From an uncultured Actinomycetota bacterium (GTDB taxonomy: Bacteria > Actinomycetota > Actinomycetes > Mycobacteriales > QHCD01), in the NCBI GenBank assembly GCA_963837545.1, contig CAWINQ010000001.1, positions 1,176,546 to 1,240,545 on the forward strand: a stretch of DNA of 64,000 bases. The letters are read 5' to 3'. Shown piece by piece: positions 26,071-37,098 of this stretch (position 1 is the stretch's first letter; the number at the start of each line of letters is the position of its first letter). Both the position numbers and the translations under genes were made by a program. The notes beneath the pieces were generated by a model, which searched no databases, was not told the DNA's origin, and saw only the letters and a program-made list of their open reading frames with translations.

Positions 26071-26618
26071 CGGGAGCCGACGGCGGACGCGGCCTCGACC
26101 ACCGCGTCGATGCGGCCGCGGCCGAGCAGCGCCAACGGTGTCTCGCCGTCGAGCTGCCGGGACGGGAGCGTGAACCAGCGCACCCGCCCGACGAGTGACC
26201 GCTCGGGCAGCGCCCGCCAGGCGTCGAGGATCCCGTCGATCGGGGCGTCGCCGGCGAACTGCCACTGCGGGTAGCGCCAGTCACCGCGGTGCCGGAAGGC
26301 GACGAGGTCGTCCTTGCCCCGCCGCTTGGTCACCGCCGCCGGGCTGATGCCCAACCGGGCGGCCACCTCCGCCGTCGACAGCGAGTCACGGACCAGGCCC
26401 GCGCGCACCTCGGCCGCCCGGGCCAGGTTGCGGGCGCGGGCGGCGGCCACCTGCTCGGGCTCGGCCGTCGGCACCTCTGCAGGCAGCGCCGAGGGCCGGG
26501 CCCGCTGGGACAGTGCCAGCACCCGCAGGAACGCGTCCTCGAGCTCCCGGCGCTCGGTGTCGGCGAGGTTGTCGAGCAACCCGGCGAGCTCCGGAAGCCG
26601 GTCGGTCAATGCGGTCAC
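26067..26618 (-). CDS. Putative antitoxin (HTH + Xre/MbcA/ParS-like C-terminal domain)
   Basis: LSTAEVAARLGIS HTH, YPQWQF and W...LDGETPLALL; directly upstream of the RES gene. Confidence 0.8.
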   Translation of the reverse strand: MTALTDRLPELAGLLDNLADTERRELEDAFLRVLALSQRARPSALPAEVPTAEPEQVAAARARNLARAAEVRAGLVRDSLSTAEVAARLGISPAAVTKRRGKDDLVAFRHRGDWRYPQWQFAGDAPIDGILDAWRALPERSLVGRVRWFTLPSRQLDGETPLALLGRGRIDAVVEAASAVGSR

Positions 26619-26624
26619 GACCCC

Positions 26625-26661
26625 AGTCTAGTTGCGCTGGTAGTCGATTGACCAGCGCAAC
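26625..26661 (-). promoter_or_regulatory. Leaderless promoter and 11-bp inverted-repeat operator of the TA pair
   Basis: GTTGCGCTGGT-N9-ACCAGCGCAAC (26631-26661) abuts -10 TAGACT, 6 nt from the GTG. Confidence 0.75.
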
Positions 26662-26669
26662 CGGGCGGG

Positions 26670-27431
26670 TCAGCGCACCTCGACGCCGTCCGCCCGCAGC
26701 GCCGACTTGACCGTCGCGACCGAGATCTCGCCGAAGTGGAAGACGCTCGCCGCCAGCACCGCGTCGGCACCGGACCGCACGGCCGGGGCGAAATGCTCCA
26801 CGGCACCCGCACCGCCGCTGGCCACCACCGGGACGTCGACCGCCGCCCGGACCGCGCTGATCATGTCCAGGTCGAACCCGTCGCGGGTGCCGTCGGCGTC
26901 CATCGAGTTGACCACGATCTCCCCGGCGCCGAGCCGCACCCCGCGGCGGACCCAGTCCAGCAGGTCGAGGCCGGCCGACTGCCGCCCGCCGTGCGTGGTG
27001 ACCTCGAAGCCGCTCGCTGTGCTACCCGCCCGCCGGGCGTCCACGGACAGCACCGTGCACTGCGCACCGAAGCGCAGCGCCGCCTCCTGCAGCACGTCCG
27101 GCCGGGCGACCGCCGCGGTGTTGAGCGACACCTTGTCCGCACCGGCCCGTAGCAGCCGGTCGACGTCCTCGACGGTGCGTACCCCGCCGCCCACGGTCAG
27201 CGGAATGAAGACCTGCTCTGCGGTACGCCGTACGACGTCGTAGGTGGTCTCGCGGGCACCCGAGGACGCCGTGATGTCGTAGAAGACGAGCTCGTCGGCG
27301 CCCTCGCGGTCGTAGTGGCGGGCCAGGTCCACCGGGTCGCCGACGTCGACGTTGGACAGGAAACGGACGCCCTTGGTCACCCGGCCGGCATCCACGTCGA
27401 GGCAGGGGATCACCCGCACCGCGACGCTCAC
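26670..27431 (-). CDS. hisF: Imidazole glycerol phosphate synthase cyclase subunit
   Basis: [37 protein letters not shown] and ASGGAG motifs. Confidence 0.96.
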   Translation of the reverse strand: MSVAVRVIPCLDVDAGRVTKGVRFLSNVDVGDPVDLARHYDREGADELVFYDITASSGARETTYDVVRRTAEQVFIPLTVGGGVRTVEDVDRLLRAGADKVSLNTAAVARPDVLQEAALRFGAQCTVLSVDARRAGSTASGFEVTTHGGRQSAGLDLLDWVRRGVRLGAGEIVVNSMDADGTRDGFDLDMISAVRAAVDVPVVASGGAGAVEHFAPAVRSGADAVLAASVFHFGEISVATVKSALRADGVEVR

Positions 27432-28162
27432 CGGGCACCGCCCGGCCCGACCGCGGCGAGTGCGTCGGTGAGCGTGAAGGCGCCGGAGTAGAGGGCCTTG
27501 CCGATGATCGCGCCCTCGACGCCCAGCGGCTCGAGCCCGGCGAGGGTGCGCAGGTCGTCGAGCGCCGCCACTCCCCCGCTGGCCACCACCGGGCGGGGCG
27601 TCGCGGCGCACACCTCGCGCAGCAGCTCGACGTTCGGCCCGGTCAGCGTGCCGTCGCGGCGTACGTCGGTGACGACGTAGCGGGCGCACCCCTCCGCGTC
27701 GAGCCGGGCGAGGACCTCGAACAGGTCGCCACCCTCGCGGGTCCAGCCCCGTCCGGCCAGGGTGTGGCCGCGCACGTCGAGGCCGACGGCGATCCGGTCG
27801 GCGAACTCGCCGATCACCCGGGCGCACCAGGAGGGGTCCTCCAGGGCCGCGGTGCCGACGTTGACCCGGGTGCAGCCGGTGCCCAGCGCCGCGGCCAGCG
27901 ACTCGTCGTCGCGGATCCCGCCGGAGAGCTCGACCGCCACGTCGACCCGGCCCACGACCTCGGCCAGCAGGTCGCGGTTGGAACCCCGCCCGAACGCCGC
28001 GTCCAGGTCGACGAGATGGATCCACTCGGCCCCGGCCCGCTGCCACGCCAGCGCCGCCTCGACCGGGTCACCGTAGGAGGTCTCCGTGCCGGCCTCGCCG
28101 CGCACCAGGCGCACGGCCTTGCCGCCGGCGACATCGACCGCAGGGAGCAGGGTGAAGGCCAC
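27428..28162 (-). CDS. priA: Bifunctional phosphoribosyl isomerase A (HisA/TrpF)
   Basis: [25 protein letters not shown] and GRGW (PriA-type Ser and Arg/Trp); no trpF in the trp cluster. Confidence 0.92.
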   Translation of the reverse strand: MAFTLLPAVDVAGGKAVRLVRGEAGTETSYGDPVEAALAWQRAGAEWIHLVDLDAAFGRGSNRDLLAEVVGRVDVAVELSGGIRDDESLAAALGTGCTRVNVGTAALEDPSWCARVIGEFADRIAVGLDVRGHTLAGRGWTREGGDLFEVLARLDAEGCARYVVTDVRRDGTLTGPNVELLREVCAATPRPVVASGGVAALDDLRTLAGLEPLGVEGAIIGKALYSGAFTLTDALAAVGPGGAR

Positions 28163-28209
28163 GACGTGACTCCCGGGTCGCACGTGCAGGACAGGCTCGC
28201 CCAAGCAGG

Positions 28210-28830
28210 CTAACCAAGGCCGGGACCGGCGAGGTCGCGGACCCAGTTCGCGAGCAGCAGCGCACCGGCGTCGCCGGACTTCTCCGGGTGGAACTGGGTC
28301 GCCGCCAGCGGTCCGCGCTCGACGGCGGCGACGAACCGCTCGCCGTGGTCGGCCGTGGTCACGATGCCGTCGGTGTCGGTCGCGGCGTAGGAGTGCACGA
28401 AGTAGAAGCGGGTCCCGGGGGCGATCCCGGTGAACAGCCGGCTCTCCGGCGGCGCATCGACGGTGTTCCAGCCCATGTGCGGCAGGACGTCGGCGTGCAG
28501 TCGGCGGACCACTCCGGGCAGTACGCCGAGCCCCGGCGTGCGCACCCCGTGCTCGTCGCCCTGGTCGAAGAGCACCTGCATGCCGACGCAGATGCCCAGC
28601 ACCGGCCGGCCCTCGTCCAGCCGCGCGCGGACGATCTTGCCGCCGCCCACCGCGTCGAGTCCCGCGGCGCAGGCGGCGAACGCCCCGACCCCGGGCACCA
28701 CCAGTCCGTCGGCGTCGCGCGCGGCGGCGTGGTCGGCGGTGACCTCGACCTGGGCGCCGGCGCGCGCGAGCGCGCGCTCCGCCGACCGGAGGTTGCCGGA
28801 GCCGTAGTCGAATACCACCACCTGCGTCAC
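28210..28830 (-). CDS. hisH: Imidazole glycerol phosphate synthase glutaminase subunit
   Basis: DYGSGN, PGVGAF, GICVGMQ, PHMGWN, YFVHSY and QFHPEKS motifs. Confidence 0.96.
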   Translation of the reverse strand: MTQVVVFDYGSGNLRSAERALARAGAQVEVTADHAAARDADGLVVPGVGAFAACAAGLDAVGGGKIVRARLDEGRPVLGICVGMQVLFDQGDEHGVRTPGLGVLPGVVRRLHADVLPHMGWNTVDAPPESRLFTGIAPGTRFYFVHSYAATDTDGIVTTADHGERFVAAVERGPLAATQFHPEKSGDAGALLLANWVRDLAGPGLG

Positions 28831-28872
28831 GCGGTCAGGTTACCGGCGGCCGGGCGGCGTTCCCGACGCGTC

Positions 28873-29040
28873 TCAGACCAGGCGGAGGATCCCGCCGGCG
28901 ACGGCGAGGACCGCACACACCGCCAGCACCACGGCGACCACCCGACCGCGCCGGGACCGGCCGTCACCGCCCGCCTGCTGCCAGACGCTGTAGGAGCCGC
29001 CCAGCAGGAAGCCGCCGACCACGATCAGCAGCGGTCCCAC
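28873..29040 (-). CDS. Small two-TM membrane protein (55 aa), absent from the ORF track
   Basis: GTG directly after the hisB stop; VGPLLIVVGGFLLGGSYSVWQQ...VVAVVLAVCAVLAVAGGILRLV; similar small genes occur at this position in actinomycetes. Confidence 0.75.
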   Translation of the reverse strand: MGPLLIVVGGFLLGGSYSVWQQAGGDGRSRRGRVVAVVLAVCAVLAVAGGILRLV

Positions 29041-29637
29041 CTACAGCGTCCCCTTGGTACTCGGGACGCCGACGACCTTGGGATCGGCTGCCGCGGCGTC
29101 GCGCAGGGCGCGGGCGACGGCCTTGCACTGTGCCTCGGCGATGTGGTGGGCGTCGCGGCCGGAGAGCACCCGCACGTGCAGCGCGATCCGCGCGTTCTGG
29201 GCGAAGGACTCCCACATGTGCCGGACGAGCGTGCCCGGGAAGTCGCCGCCGATCACCACGGTGTCCATCACTGCGGGCTCGTCGTGCACGAGGTAGGGCC
29301 GCCCGGACAGGTCGACCGCGACCTGGACGAGGCATTCGTCGAGCGGCACCAGCGCGTCACCGAACCGCCGGATGCCGGCCTTGTCCCCGAGCGCGGTGGT
29401 CAGTGCCTGCCCGAGCGCGATCGCGGTGTCCTCGACGGTGTGGTGGGCGTCGATGTGTACGTCGCCGTCGGTGCGCACGGTCAGGTCGAACCCGGCGTGC
29501 CGGCCGAGCTGGCTGAGCAGGTGGTCGTAGAAACCGACGCCGGTGGTGACGTCGGTGACGCCCGCGCCGTCGAGCTCCAGCTCGACCAGGACCCGTGTCT
29601 CGGCGGTGTCCCGCTTGATCTGCGCGCTGCGGCTCAT
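29041..29637 (-). CDS. hisB: Imidazoleglycerol-phosphate dehydratase
   Basis: [21 protein letters not shown] and PSTKG motifs. Confidence 0.96.
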   Translation of the reverse strand: MSRSAQIKRDTAETRVLVELELDGAGVTDVTTGVGFYDHLLSQLGRHAGFDLTVRTDGDVHIDAHHTVEDTAIALGQALTTALGDKAGIRRFGDALVPLDECLVQVAVDLSGRPYLVHDEPAVMDTVVIGGDFPGTLVRHMWESFAQNARIALHVRVLSGRDAHHIAEAQCKAVARALRDAAAADPKVVGVPSTKGTL

Positions 29638-30728
29638 CGGCCAATCCTAGGTGAGCGCGCGATGTCGTCGACGGCCGAAAGGAACCGGTCCACCTCCGTG
29701 GGTGTCCCTGCGGTCACCCGCAGCCAGCCCGGGAGGCCGACGTCGCGGACGAGCACGCCCCGGTCCAGCAGGTGGCGCCAGAGCGTGGCCGAGTCGCCGG
29801 AACCGCCGAAGAGCACGAAGTTGGCGTCGGACTCGACCACGTCGAACCCCCGCTCCCGCAGCGCCGACTCGAGCCGGTCCCGCTGCGCCTTCACCTGCTC
29901 CACGGTGGACAGCAGCGCGTCGGCGTGGGCCACCGCGACCCGGGCCACGGCCTGGGTCAGCGCCGAAAGGTGGTAGGGCAGCCGCACCAACTGGACGGCG
30001 TCGATGACGGCCGGGTCGGCGACGACGTAGCCCACCCGCAACCCGGCCATCGCGAACGCCTTCGACATCGTGCGGGTCACCGCGAGCCGGGGATGCCCGG
30101 GCAGCCGGGTCAGCGCGCTCGGCGTACCCGGCCGGGCGAACTCGTGGTAGGCCTCGTCGACGACGACCATCCCGGGCGCCTCGGCGAGCACCGCGTCCAC
30201 GACGTCGAGCCCGAGCGCGGTGCCGGTCGGGTTGTTGGGCGAGCAGAGGAACACCACGTCGGGCCGGCGCGCACGCACCTGCGCGGCGGCGTAGTCCGGG
30301 GCGACCGAGAAGTCCCCGGCCCGCGACACGTCGATCCACGCGGTACCGGTGCCCGCGGCGATGATCGGGTGCATCGAGTACGACGGGGTGAAACCGAGCG
30401 CGGTGCGACCCGGGCCGCCGAAAGCCTGCAGCAGCTGCTGCAGCACCTCGTTGGACCCGTTGGCCGCCCACACCTGATCGGGTGACAGGTCGTGGCCGAG
30501 GTAGCGGGTCAGGTCGGTGCGCAGCGCCACGGCGTCGCGGTCGGGGTAACGGTTGAGCCCGGCGGCCACCGGTCCGGCGACCTCGGCGATCGCCGCGACG
30601 AGCTCGGGCGGCGGCGGATAGGAGTTCTCGTTGGTGTTCAGCCGCACCGGGACGTCGACCTGGGGCGCGCCGTAGGGAGATCTGCCCCGCAGGTCCTCGC
30701 GCAGCGGCAACTCGTCGAGCGACGTCAC
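29634..30728 (-). CDS. hisC: Histidinol-phosphate aminotransferase
   Basis: LNTNEN, NRYPD, NGSNE, SPNNPTG, DEAY and [15 protein letters not shown] motifs. Confidence 0.96.
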   Translation of the reverse strand: MTSLDELPLREDLRGRSPYGAPQVDVPVRLNTNENSYPPPPELVAAIAEVAGPVAAGLNRYPDRDAVALRTDLTRYLGHDLSPDQVWAANGSNEVLQQLLQAFGGPGRTALGFTPSYSMHPIIAAGTGTAWIDVSRAGDFSVAPDYAAAQVRARRPDVVFLCSPNNPTGTALGLDVVDAVLAEAPGMVVVDEAYHEFARPGTPSALTRLPGHPRLAVTRTMSKAFAMAGLRVGYVVADPAVIDAVQLVRLPYHLSALTQAVARVAVAHADALLSTVEQVKAQRDRLESALRERGFDVVESDANFVLFGGSGDSATLWRHLLDRGVLVRDVGLPGWLRVTAGTPTEVDRFLSAVDDIARSPRIGR

Positions 30729-32035
30729 CGGGCGGTCCGCCCGTCGCGCACCTGCACGGCGGCGGCGTGCGCCGGGAGGTCCTCGGCGTGCGCCAGTGCC
30801 ACGACGTGCCGGGCGACACCGGCCAGGGCGGCCTCGTCGTACTCGACGACGTGCACGCCCTTGAGGAACGTCTGCACCGACAGCCCACTCGCGTGCCGGG
30901 CGGTGCAGCCGGTGGGCAGCACGTGGTTGGAGCCGGCGCAGTAGTCGCCGAGGGACACCGGCGAGTGCGGGCCGACGAAGACGCAGCCGGCGTTGACGAC
31001 CCGCGCCGCCACCGCGCCCGCGTCACGGGTGATCACCTCGAGGTGCTCGGCGGCGTAGGCGTTGACGACGTCGACCCCCTGGTCGAGGTCGCGGACGAGG
31101 ACGGTCCCGGACTGCACCCCGGTGAGCGCGGCGGTGACCCGCTCGACGTGCTTGGTGGCCGCGACCTGCGCCGTCACCTCGGCGTCGACCGCGTCGGCGA
31201 GCGCCTCGCTGTCGGTGACCAGCACCGAGGCGGCCAGGGTGTCGTGCTCGGCCTGGCTGATCAGGTCGGCGGCGACGTAGGCCGGGTCGGCGGAGTCGTC
31301 GGCCAGGACCGCGATCTCGGTCGGTCCCGCCTCGGAGTCGATGCCGACCACGCCGCGCAGCAGCCGCTTTGCGGCGGCGACGTAGACGTTGCCGGGTCCG
31401 GTGACCATGTCCACCCGCCGGCACTCGTCCGTGCCGTAGGCGAACATCGCCACGGCCTGGGCGCCGCCCACGGCGTAGACCTCGTCGACGCCGAGCAGCG
31501 CGCAGGCGGCGAGGATCACCGGGTGCGGGCGGCCGCCGTACTCCCGCTGCGGTGGCGAGGCGACGGCGAGCGAGCCGACCCCGGCGACCTGCGCGGGGAC
31601 GACGTTCATCACGACGCTGGACGGGTAGACGGCCAGGCCGCCGGGCACGTAGAGGCCGACCCGGGCGACCGGCACCCAGCGCTCGGTGACGGTGCCGCCG
31701 GGCACGACCTGGGTCGTGACGTCGGTCCGCCGTTGCGCCTCGTGCACCTGCCGGGCCCGGCGGATCGACTCCTCCAGGCCGGCCCGCACCGCCGGGTCGA
31801 GCCCGTCGAGCGCGGCGGCCAGTTCCCCGGCCGGCACCCGCAACGCCGCCAGGTCCACCCGGTCGAACCGGCGGGTGAGCTCCCGGACCGCCTCGGCGCC
31901 CCGGCGGCGTACGTCGTCGAGCACGACCCGCACCGCGTCAAGGACCGATTCCACATCGACGGCCGCGCGCGGCAGCGCATGGTCGACGGCGCGGTCGTCG
32001 GCCGGCACGGTGCGCAGATCGGTGCGGTTCAGCAC
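30725..32035 (-). CDS. hisD: Histidinol dehydrogenase
   Basis: GLYVPGG, GGAQA, GPGN, EAGPTE, SQAEHD and [13 protein letters not shown] motifs. Confidence 0.97.
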   Translation of the reverse strand: MLNRTDLRTVPADDRAVDHALPRAAVDVESVLDAVRVVLDDVRRRGAEAVRELTRRFDRVDLAALRVPAGELAAALDGLDPAVRAGLEESIRRARQVHEAQRRTDVTTQVVPGGTVTERWVPVARVGLYVPGGLAVYPSSVVMNVVPAQVAGVGSLAVASPPQREYGGRPHPVILAACALLGVDEVYAVGGAQAVAMFAYGTDECRRVDMVTGPGNVYVAAAKRLLRGVVGIDSEAGPTEIAVLADDSADPAYVAADLISQAEHDTLAASVLVTDSEALADAVDAEVTAQVAATKHVERVTAALTGVQSGTVLVRDLDQGVDVVNAYAAEHLEVITRDAGAVAARVVNAGCVFVGPHSPVSLGDYCAGSNHVLPTGCTARHASGLSVQTFLKGVHVVEYDEAALAGVARHVVALAHAEDLPAHAAAVQVRDGRTAR

Positions 32036-32087
32036 GGTAAGTCCCTCGGTTGGATGTGCCCTCCAGCGTAGGACCTAGGCTTGACGG

Positions 32088-32768
32088 ATGCCCGAGTCCC
32101 TTCCGCTCTTCCCGCTGCAGTCGGTGCTCTTCCCCGGCGTGCTCCTTCCGCTGCACGTCTTCGAGGACCGCTACCGGCTGCTCGTGGAGCGACTGGTCGG
32201 CACCGCCGAGGAGTCGGCACGGGAGTTCGGGGTGATCGCCATCCGGCAGGGCTGGGAGGTCGGTCCCGATGCCGCGCGCTCGCTGCACCCGGTCGGCTGC
32301 AGTGCCCTGCTGCGCCGGGTCGACGACAAGAAGGACGGGACCTACGAGGTGGTCTCCGCCGGCGGCCGGCGGTTCCGGCTGCTGGGGATCGACGCGGACA
32401 GCGAGCCCTATCTCGTCGGCTCGGTCGAGTGGCTGCCCGACGAGCCCGACCCCGGCCCGGAGACCACGCTGCTGGCCCAGCGGGCCGGAACCCTGTTCGA
32501 GGAGTACGTCGCCGCGGTGGCGGGCACCGGGGGCGCCGAGGTCGCGGCGTTCGACCTGCCGGAGGACCCGACGGTCCTGTCCTACCTGGTCGCCTCCGCG
32601 GCGCTGCTCACGCTCGACGACCGGCAGGCCCTCCTGGAGCGCAACGGCACCCGCGAGCGGCTCCGGGAGGAGCTCCGGCTGCTGCGCCGCGAGACGGCAT
32701 TGGTCCGCGAGCTGCGGGTGGTGCCGACGTCGCTGGCCGAGATCACCCTGCAGGCCGGGACGAACTGA
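32088..32768 (+). CDS. LON peptidase N-terminal substrate-binding domain protein
   Basis: LPLFPL...VLFPG...LHVFEDRY; TAGGCT-N6-ATG. Confidence 0.9.
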   Translation: MPESLPLFPLQSVLFPGVLLPLHVFEDRYRLLVERLVGTAEESAREFGVIAIRQGWEVGPDAARSLHPVGCSALLRRVDDKKDGTYEVVSAGGRRFRLLGIDADSEPYLVGSVEWLPDEPDPGPETTLLAQRAGTLFEEYVAAVAGTGGAEVAAFDLPEDPTVLSYLVASAALLTLDDRQALLERNGTRERLREELRLLRRETALVRELRVVPTSLAEITLQAGTN

Positions 32769-33423
32769 CCGGCGGCGGCCGGTGCTCCGGCCGCCGGAGG
32801 TCGTCGTGCCGGGAGAAGCCGGACGCGACGACGACGGTGAGTACGGCGAAGAACGGCTGGAAGAACAGCGCACCCTTGGCCCGCAGCGTCAGCCGCGCGT
32901 GCAGCGCGGAGCCGACGTGGCGCAACGCCGCGTGGACCTGGCCGGAGGTCGGATGGCGACCCAGCCACAGGCCGAACCGCCACGCGACGACCGCACCGAC
33001 CAGCGAAGCGACGGCCAGCGCGATCACGATCACCGGCCCGCGGGAGCGCCGGCGGCTCCACACCGCCAGGCCGGAAACCACCCCGATGACGGCGCCGATG
33101 ATCGCGAACCAGCCGTCTGCGGCGATCAACGCCTCGGACTCGGGATCGGTCTGGATGCCGACCGGCCCGCCGGTACCCCGCACCACGGTGAACCCCAGCC
33201 GCGGCGCCAGGGCGCTCCAGATCAGGCCGGCGAGCACCCCGACCACGGCGAGGGCGATCACCAGGATCGCCGCCGTACGTAGCTCGTCGCGGGTGGGCCG
33301 CAGCCGCTCCGACCATGGCGGGCGCCCCTGCTCCGCCGCCGGGAGCGGTGCCATGCCCGGCAGCTCCGGCCGGGTCGCGGCGCCGCTGCCCGGGTCGCCG
33401 CCGGGACGGGAGGTATCGGCCAC
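32743..33423 (-). CDS. Membrane protein, DUF2567-like
   Basis: 4 TM segments, GLIWSALAP, IAADGWF and RRSRGP; usual position after dnaE. Confidence 0.7.
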   Translation of the reverse strand: MADTSRPGGDPGSGAATRPELPGMAPLPAAEQGRPPWSERLRPTRDELRTAAILVIALAVVGVLAGLIWSALAPRLGFTVVRGTGGPVGIQTDPESEALIAADGWFAIIGAVIGVVSGLAVWSRRRSRGPVIVIALAVASLVGAVVAWRFGLWLGRHPTSGQVHAALRHVGSALHARLTLRAKGALFFQPFFAVLTVVVASGFSRHDDLRRPEHRPPPVSSSRPAG

Positions 33424-33500
33424 GACGCCCAGTGTTGCAGGCCCGGTGCCGGCGGAGTGCCGGGATCGCCCGCTTCGCCCCGCCTGCCGACGGCCGGCCC

Positions 33501-36500
33501 TCAGCTCGCGACGCAGGCGGGGCCGAGAAGCGCCTTGAGGTCGCCCATCAGGGCGATGGTCGCTGCGACCCGCAGCCCGTCGTCGAGCCGGAGGGTCGTG
33601 GTGCGGGTCCCGTTGACCAGCTCCAGCTGCACTTCGGTGGTTCCGGGGTGGGTGGAGAGCACCTCTTTGAGCCGGGCGACGACCGGCGGCGTGCACCGGG
33701 CGGCGGGCATCGAGAGGACGACCGGTCCGCGAGGGCCCTGGGACAGGTCCGGCGTCGACAGCTCGCTGGCGATCAACTTCGGGGTGTCGTCCCGCCGGTC
33801 CAGCCGTCCGCGGACGACGACGATGGCGTCCTCGGCGATGTTGATGCCGACCTGGGCATAGGTGGCCGGGAAGAACAGCACCTCGATGGAGCCCTCGAGG
33901 TCTTCGAGCACCGCCTGCGCCCAGGGCGCGCCGGCCCGGGTGACCCGCCGGGTCACCGACGAGAGGATCCCGGCGACCGTCACCGACTGCCCGTCACCGA
34001 TCTGGTCGGTCTGCAGCGCGGCGATGCCGACGTCGGCGGCACCGGCCAGCACGTGCTCGAGGCCCAGCAGCGGGTGGTCGGAGACGTAGAGCCCGAGCAT
34101 CTCGCGCTCGAAGGTCAGCAGCTCGCGCTTGTCCCACTCCTCGGTCGGGACGACGACGTCGAACGCCGACCCGCCGTCGGGCTGCGGGCCCCCGGTGCTG
34201 AACAGGTCGAACTGCCCGATCGCCTCGGCCCGCTTGGTCTCCAGGCAGGCGTCGATCGCCTCGATGTGCACCTGCGCGAGCCCGCGCCGGGCGTGGCCGA
34301 GCGAGTCGAAGGCACCGGCCTTGACCAGGGACTCGACGACCTTCTTGTTGCAGGCGACCTGTTCGACCTTGCGCAGGAAGTCGGAGAAGTCGACGAACCG
34401 GCCCGCCGACGTCCGGGTGCGCACGATCGAGGCGACGACGTTTTCCCCGACGTTGCGGACGGCCGACAGCCCGAAGCGAATGTCCCCGCCGCGCGGGGTG
34501 AAGTCGGAGTCGGACTCGTTGACGTCCGGCGGCAGGACGGTGATGCCCATCCGGCGGCACTCGCCGAGGTAGATCGCGCTCTTGTCCTTGTCGTCCTTGA
34601 CGCTGGTGAGCAGCGCCGCCATGTATTCGGCCGGGTAGTTGGCCTTGAGGTAGGCGGTCCAGTAGGACACGAGGGCGTAGCCGGCGGTGTGGGACTTGTT
34701 GAAGCCGTAGTCGCAGAACGGCAGCAGGACGCCCCACAGCGCGTCGATCGCGGCGCGGGAGAAGCCGCGCTCGGCCATGCCGGCCGAGAACGCCTCGTGG
34801 TGCTTCTCCAGCTCCGCCTTCTTCTTCTTGCCCATCGCCCGACGCAGCAGGTCGGCCTGTCCCAGGGAGTAACCGGCGACCTTGCGGGCGAGCGCCTGCA
34901 CCTGCTCCTGGTAGACGAGCAGGCCGTAGGTCTCGTCGAGGATCTCGGCCAGCGGCTCGGCCAGCTCCGGGTGGATCGCCCCGACCGGCTTGCGGCCGTT
35001 CTTGCGGTCGGCGTACTCGATGTGCGCGTTGGCGGCGAGCGGTCCGGGCCGGTAGAGCGCGAGGACGGCGGAGATGTCCTCGAACTTGTCCGGACGCATG
35101 AGCCGGAGCAGCGCCCGGATCTGTCCGCCGTCGAGTTGGAAGACGCCGAGCGTGTCGCCGCGGGCCAGCAGCTCGTAGGTGGGCCCGTCGTCCAGCGGCA
35201 GATCCTCGAGCAGGATCTCCTGCCCGCGGTTGGCCGCGACGTGCAGGATGCAGTCGTCGAGGACGGTGAGGTTGCGCAGGCCGAGGAAGTCCATCTTCAG
35301 CATGCCCAGCGCCTCACAGGCACCGGCGTCGAACTGGGTGATGATGGCGCCGTCGGCCTCGCGGCGCTGGATCGGGATGACGTCGAGCAGCGGCTCGGCG
35401 GACAGGATCACGCCGGCGGCGTGCACCCCCCACTGGCGCTTGAGGTTTTCCAGCCCCCGGGCGGTGTCGAGGATCTGCTGCACCTGCGGGTCGGCGGCGT
35501 AGAGGGCGCGCACCTCGCCGGCCTCGCCGTGCCGCGGATGGTCGGCGTCGAAGATCCCGGACAGCGCGATGTCCTTGCCCATCACCGGCGCCGGCAGCGC
35601 CTTGGTGATCCGGTCGGCGACGGAGTATCCGGGCTGGCCGAGCAGCACCCGCGCGGAGTCCTTGATCGCCTGTTTGGCCTTGATGGTGCCGTAGGTGATG
35701 ATCTGCGAGACCCGGTCCTCGCCGTACTGCTGGGTGGCGTAGCGGATCATGTCGCCGCGGCGGCGCTCGTCGAAGTCCATGTCGATGTCGGGCATCGACA
35801 CCCGCTCGGGGTTGAGGAACCGCTCGAAGAGCAGCGAGTGCTCGATCGGGTCGAGCTCGGTGATGCCCAGGGCGTAGCCGACCAGCGAGCCGGTCGCCGA
35901 GCCCCGGCCGGGACCGACCCGGATGCGGTTCTCCTTCGCGTATCGGATCAGGTCGGCGACCACCAGGAAGTAGCCGGGGAACCCCATCCGCAGGATCATG
36001 TCCAGCTCGAACGCCGCCCGCTCCTGCCGGTCGGCCGGCACCCCGCCGGGGTAGCGGCGGGCCAGTCCCCGCTCGACCTCCGTGCGCAGCCAGGTCGCCT
36101 CGGTCTCCCCGTCGGGCACCGGGAAGCGGGGCATCAGGTCGCGTGCGGCGAAGACCGCGTCGTAGGACCCGACCCGCTCGGCGATGGCGAGGGTGTTGTC
36201 GCACGCCTCGGGCATCTCGCGCCACAGGTGGCGCATCTCCTCCGGCGACTTGAGGTAGTAGTCCTGTCCGTCGAGCTTGAACCGGCCGGGGTCGGCGAGG
36301 GTCTTGCCGGTCTGCACGCAGAGCAGCACCTCGTGCGCCCGGGCGTCGTCGGCGAAGGTGTAGTGCAGGTCGTTGGTGGCGAGCAGCGGGAGGGACAGGT
36401 CGCGGGCGATCTTGAGCAGGTCGTCGCGGGTGGCGCCCTCGATGCCCAGGCCGTGGTCCATGAGCTCGCAGAAGAAGTTGCCCTCGCCGAGGATGTCGCG

Positions 36501-37049
36501 GTAGTCGGCGGCGGCCTGCCGGGCCTCGTCGTAGCGGTCCTGCTGGAGCAGCCGGTTGACCTCGCCGGACGGGCAGCCGGTGGTCCCGATGATCCCGGCG
36601 CCGTATTCGGCGAGCAGCTCCCGGTCCAGCCGGGGCTTGTAGTAGTAGCCCTCGAGGCTGGCCAGCGAGGCCAGCCGGAACAGGTTGTGCAGGCCCTCGG
36701 CCGACTCGGCCAGCAGGGTCATGTGGGTGTACATCTCACCCGGGTTGTCGGCCCCGACGGTGCCGCGGCCCACTGCGGCGCGGCGCCGCTCGAAGCGGCT
36801 CCCGGGCGCGAGGTAGGCCTCCATGCCGATGATGGGCTTGATCCCGGCCGCGGTCGCCTGGTTGTGGAAGTCGTAGGCGCCGAACACGTTGCCGTGGTCG
36901 GTCATCGCCAGGGCCGGCATGCCCATCCGCGCCGTCTCGGAGAGCAGGTCGCCGACCCGCGCCGCTCCGTCGAGCATGGAGTACTCGGTGTGTACGTGCA
37001 GGTGGGCGAACGAATCTCCTGCGGCTGACGGGCGGCCGGGCTGCGGCAC
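33501..37049 (-). CDS. dnaE: DNA polymerase III alpha subunit
   Basis: [43 protein letters not shown] and YGFNKSH motifs; AAGGAG upstream of the GTG. Confidence 0.97.
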   Translation of the reverse strand: MPQPGRPSAAGDSFAHLHVHTEYSMLDGAARVGDLLSETARMGMPALAMTDHGNVFGAYDFHNQATAAGIKPIIGMEAYLAPGSRFERRRAAVGRGTVGADNPGEMYTHMTLLAESAEGLHNLFRLASLASLEGYYYKPRLDRELLAEYGAGIIGTTGCPSGEVNRLLQQDRYDEARQAAADYRDILGEGNFFCELMDHGLGIEGATRDDLLKIARDLSLPLLATNDLHYTFADDARAHEVLLCVQTGKTLADPGRFKLDGQDYYLKSPEEMRHLWREMPEACDNTLAIAERVGSYDAVFAARDLMPRFPVPDGETEATWLRTEVERGLARRYPGGVPADRQERAAFELDMILRMGFPGYFLVVADLIRYAKENRIRVGPGRGSATGSLVGYALGITELDPIEHSLLFERFLNPERVSMPDIDMDFDERRRGDMIRYATQQYGEDRVSQIITYGTIKAKQAIKDSARVLLGQPGYSVADRITKALPAPVMGKDIALSGIFDADHPRHGEAGEVRALYAADPQVQQILDTARGLENLKRQWGVHAAGVILSAEPLLDVIPIQRREADGAIITQFDAGACEALGMLKMDFLGLRNLTVLDDCILHVAANRGQEILLEDLPLDDGPTYELLARGDTLGVFQLDGGQIRALLRLMRPDKFEDISAVLALYRPGPLAANAHIEYADRKNGRKPVGAIHPELAEPLAEILDETYGLLVYQEQVQALARKVAGYSLGQADLLRRAMGKKKKAELEKHHEAFSAGMAERGFSRAAIDALWGVLLPFCDYGFNKSHTAGYALVSYWTAYLKANYPAEYMAALLTSVKDDKDKSAIYLGECRRMGITVLPPDVNESDSDFTPRGGDIRFGLSAVRNVGENVVASIVRTRTSAGRFVDFSDFLRKVEQVACNKKVVESLVKAGAFDSLGHARRGLAQVHIEAIDACLETKRAEAIGQFDLFSTGGPQPDGGSAFDVVVPTEEWDKRELLTFEREMLGLYVSDHPLLGLEHVLAGAADVGIAALQTDQIGDGQSVTVAGILSSVTRRVTRAGAPWAQAVLEDLEGSIEVLFFPATYAQVGINIAEDAIVVVRGRLDRRDDTPKLIASELSTPDLSQGPRGPVVLSMPAARCTPPVVARLKEVLSTHPGTTEVQLELVNGTRTTTLRLDDGLRVAATIALMGDLKALLGPACVAS

Positions 37050-37098
37050 GAGCGTCGATCTCCTTCTGGCGGCGGCGGGCGGTCGGACTCTCTTTCTA

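Noticed and set aside
33315-37028. 1237-aa plus-strand ORF and the many other long Arg/Pro/Gly-rich alternative-frame ORFs
   Set aside because: Shadows of well-supported genes (here dnaE); stop codons are rare at this GC content
33501-37049. Intein in dnaE
   Set aside because: Normal length (about 1180 aa) with contiguous motifs; no insertion seen
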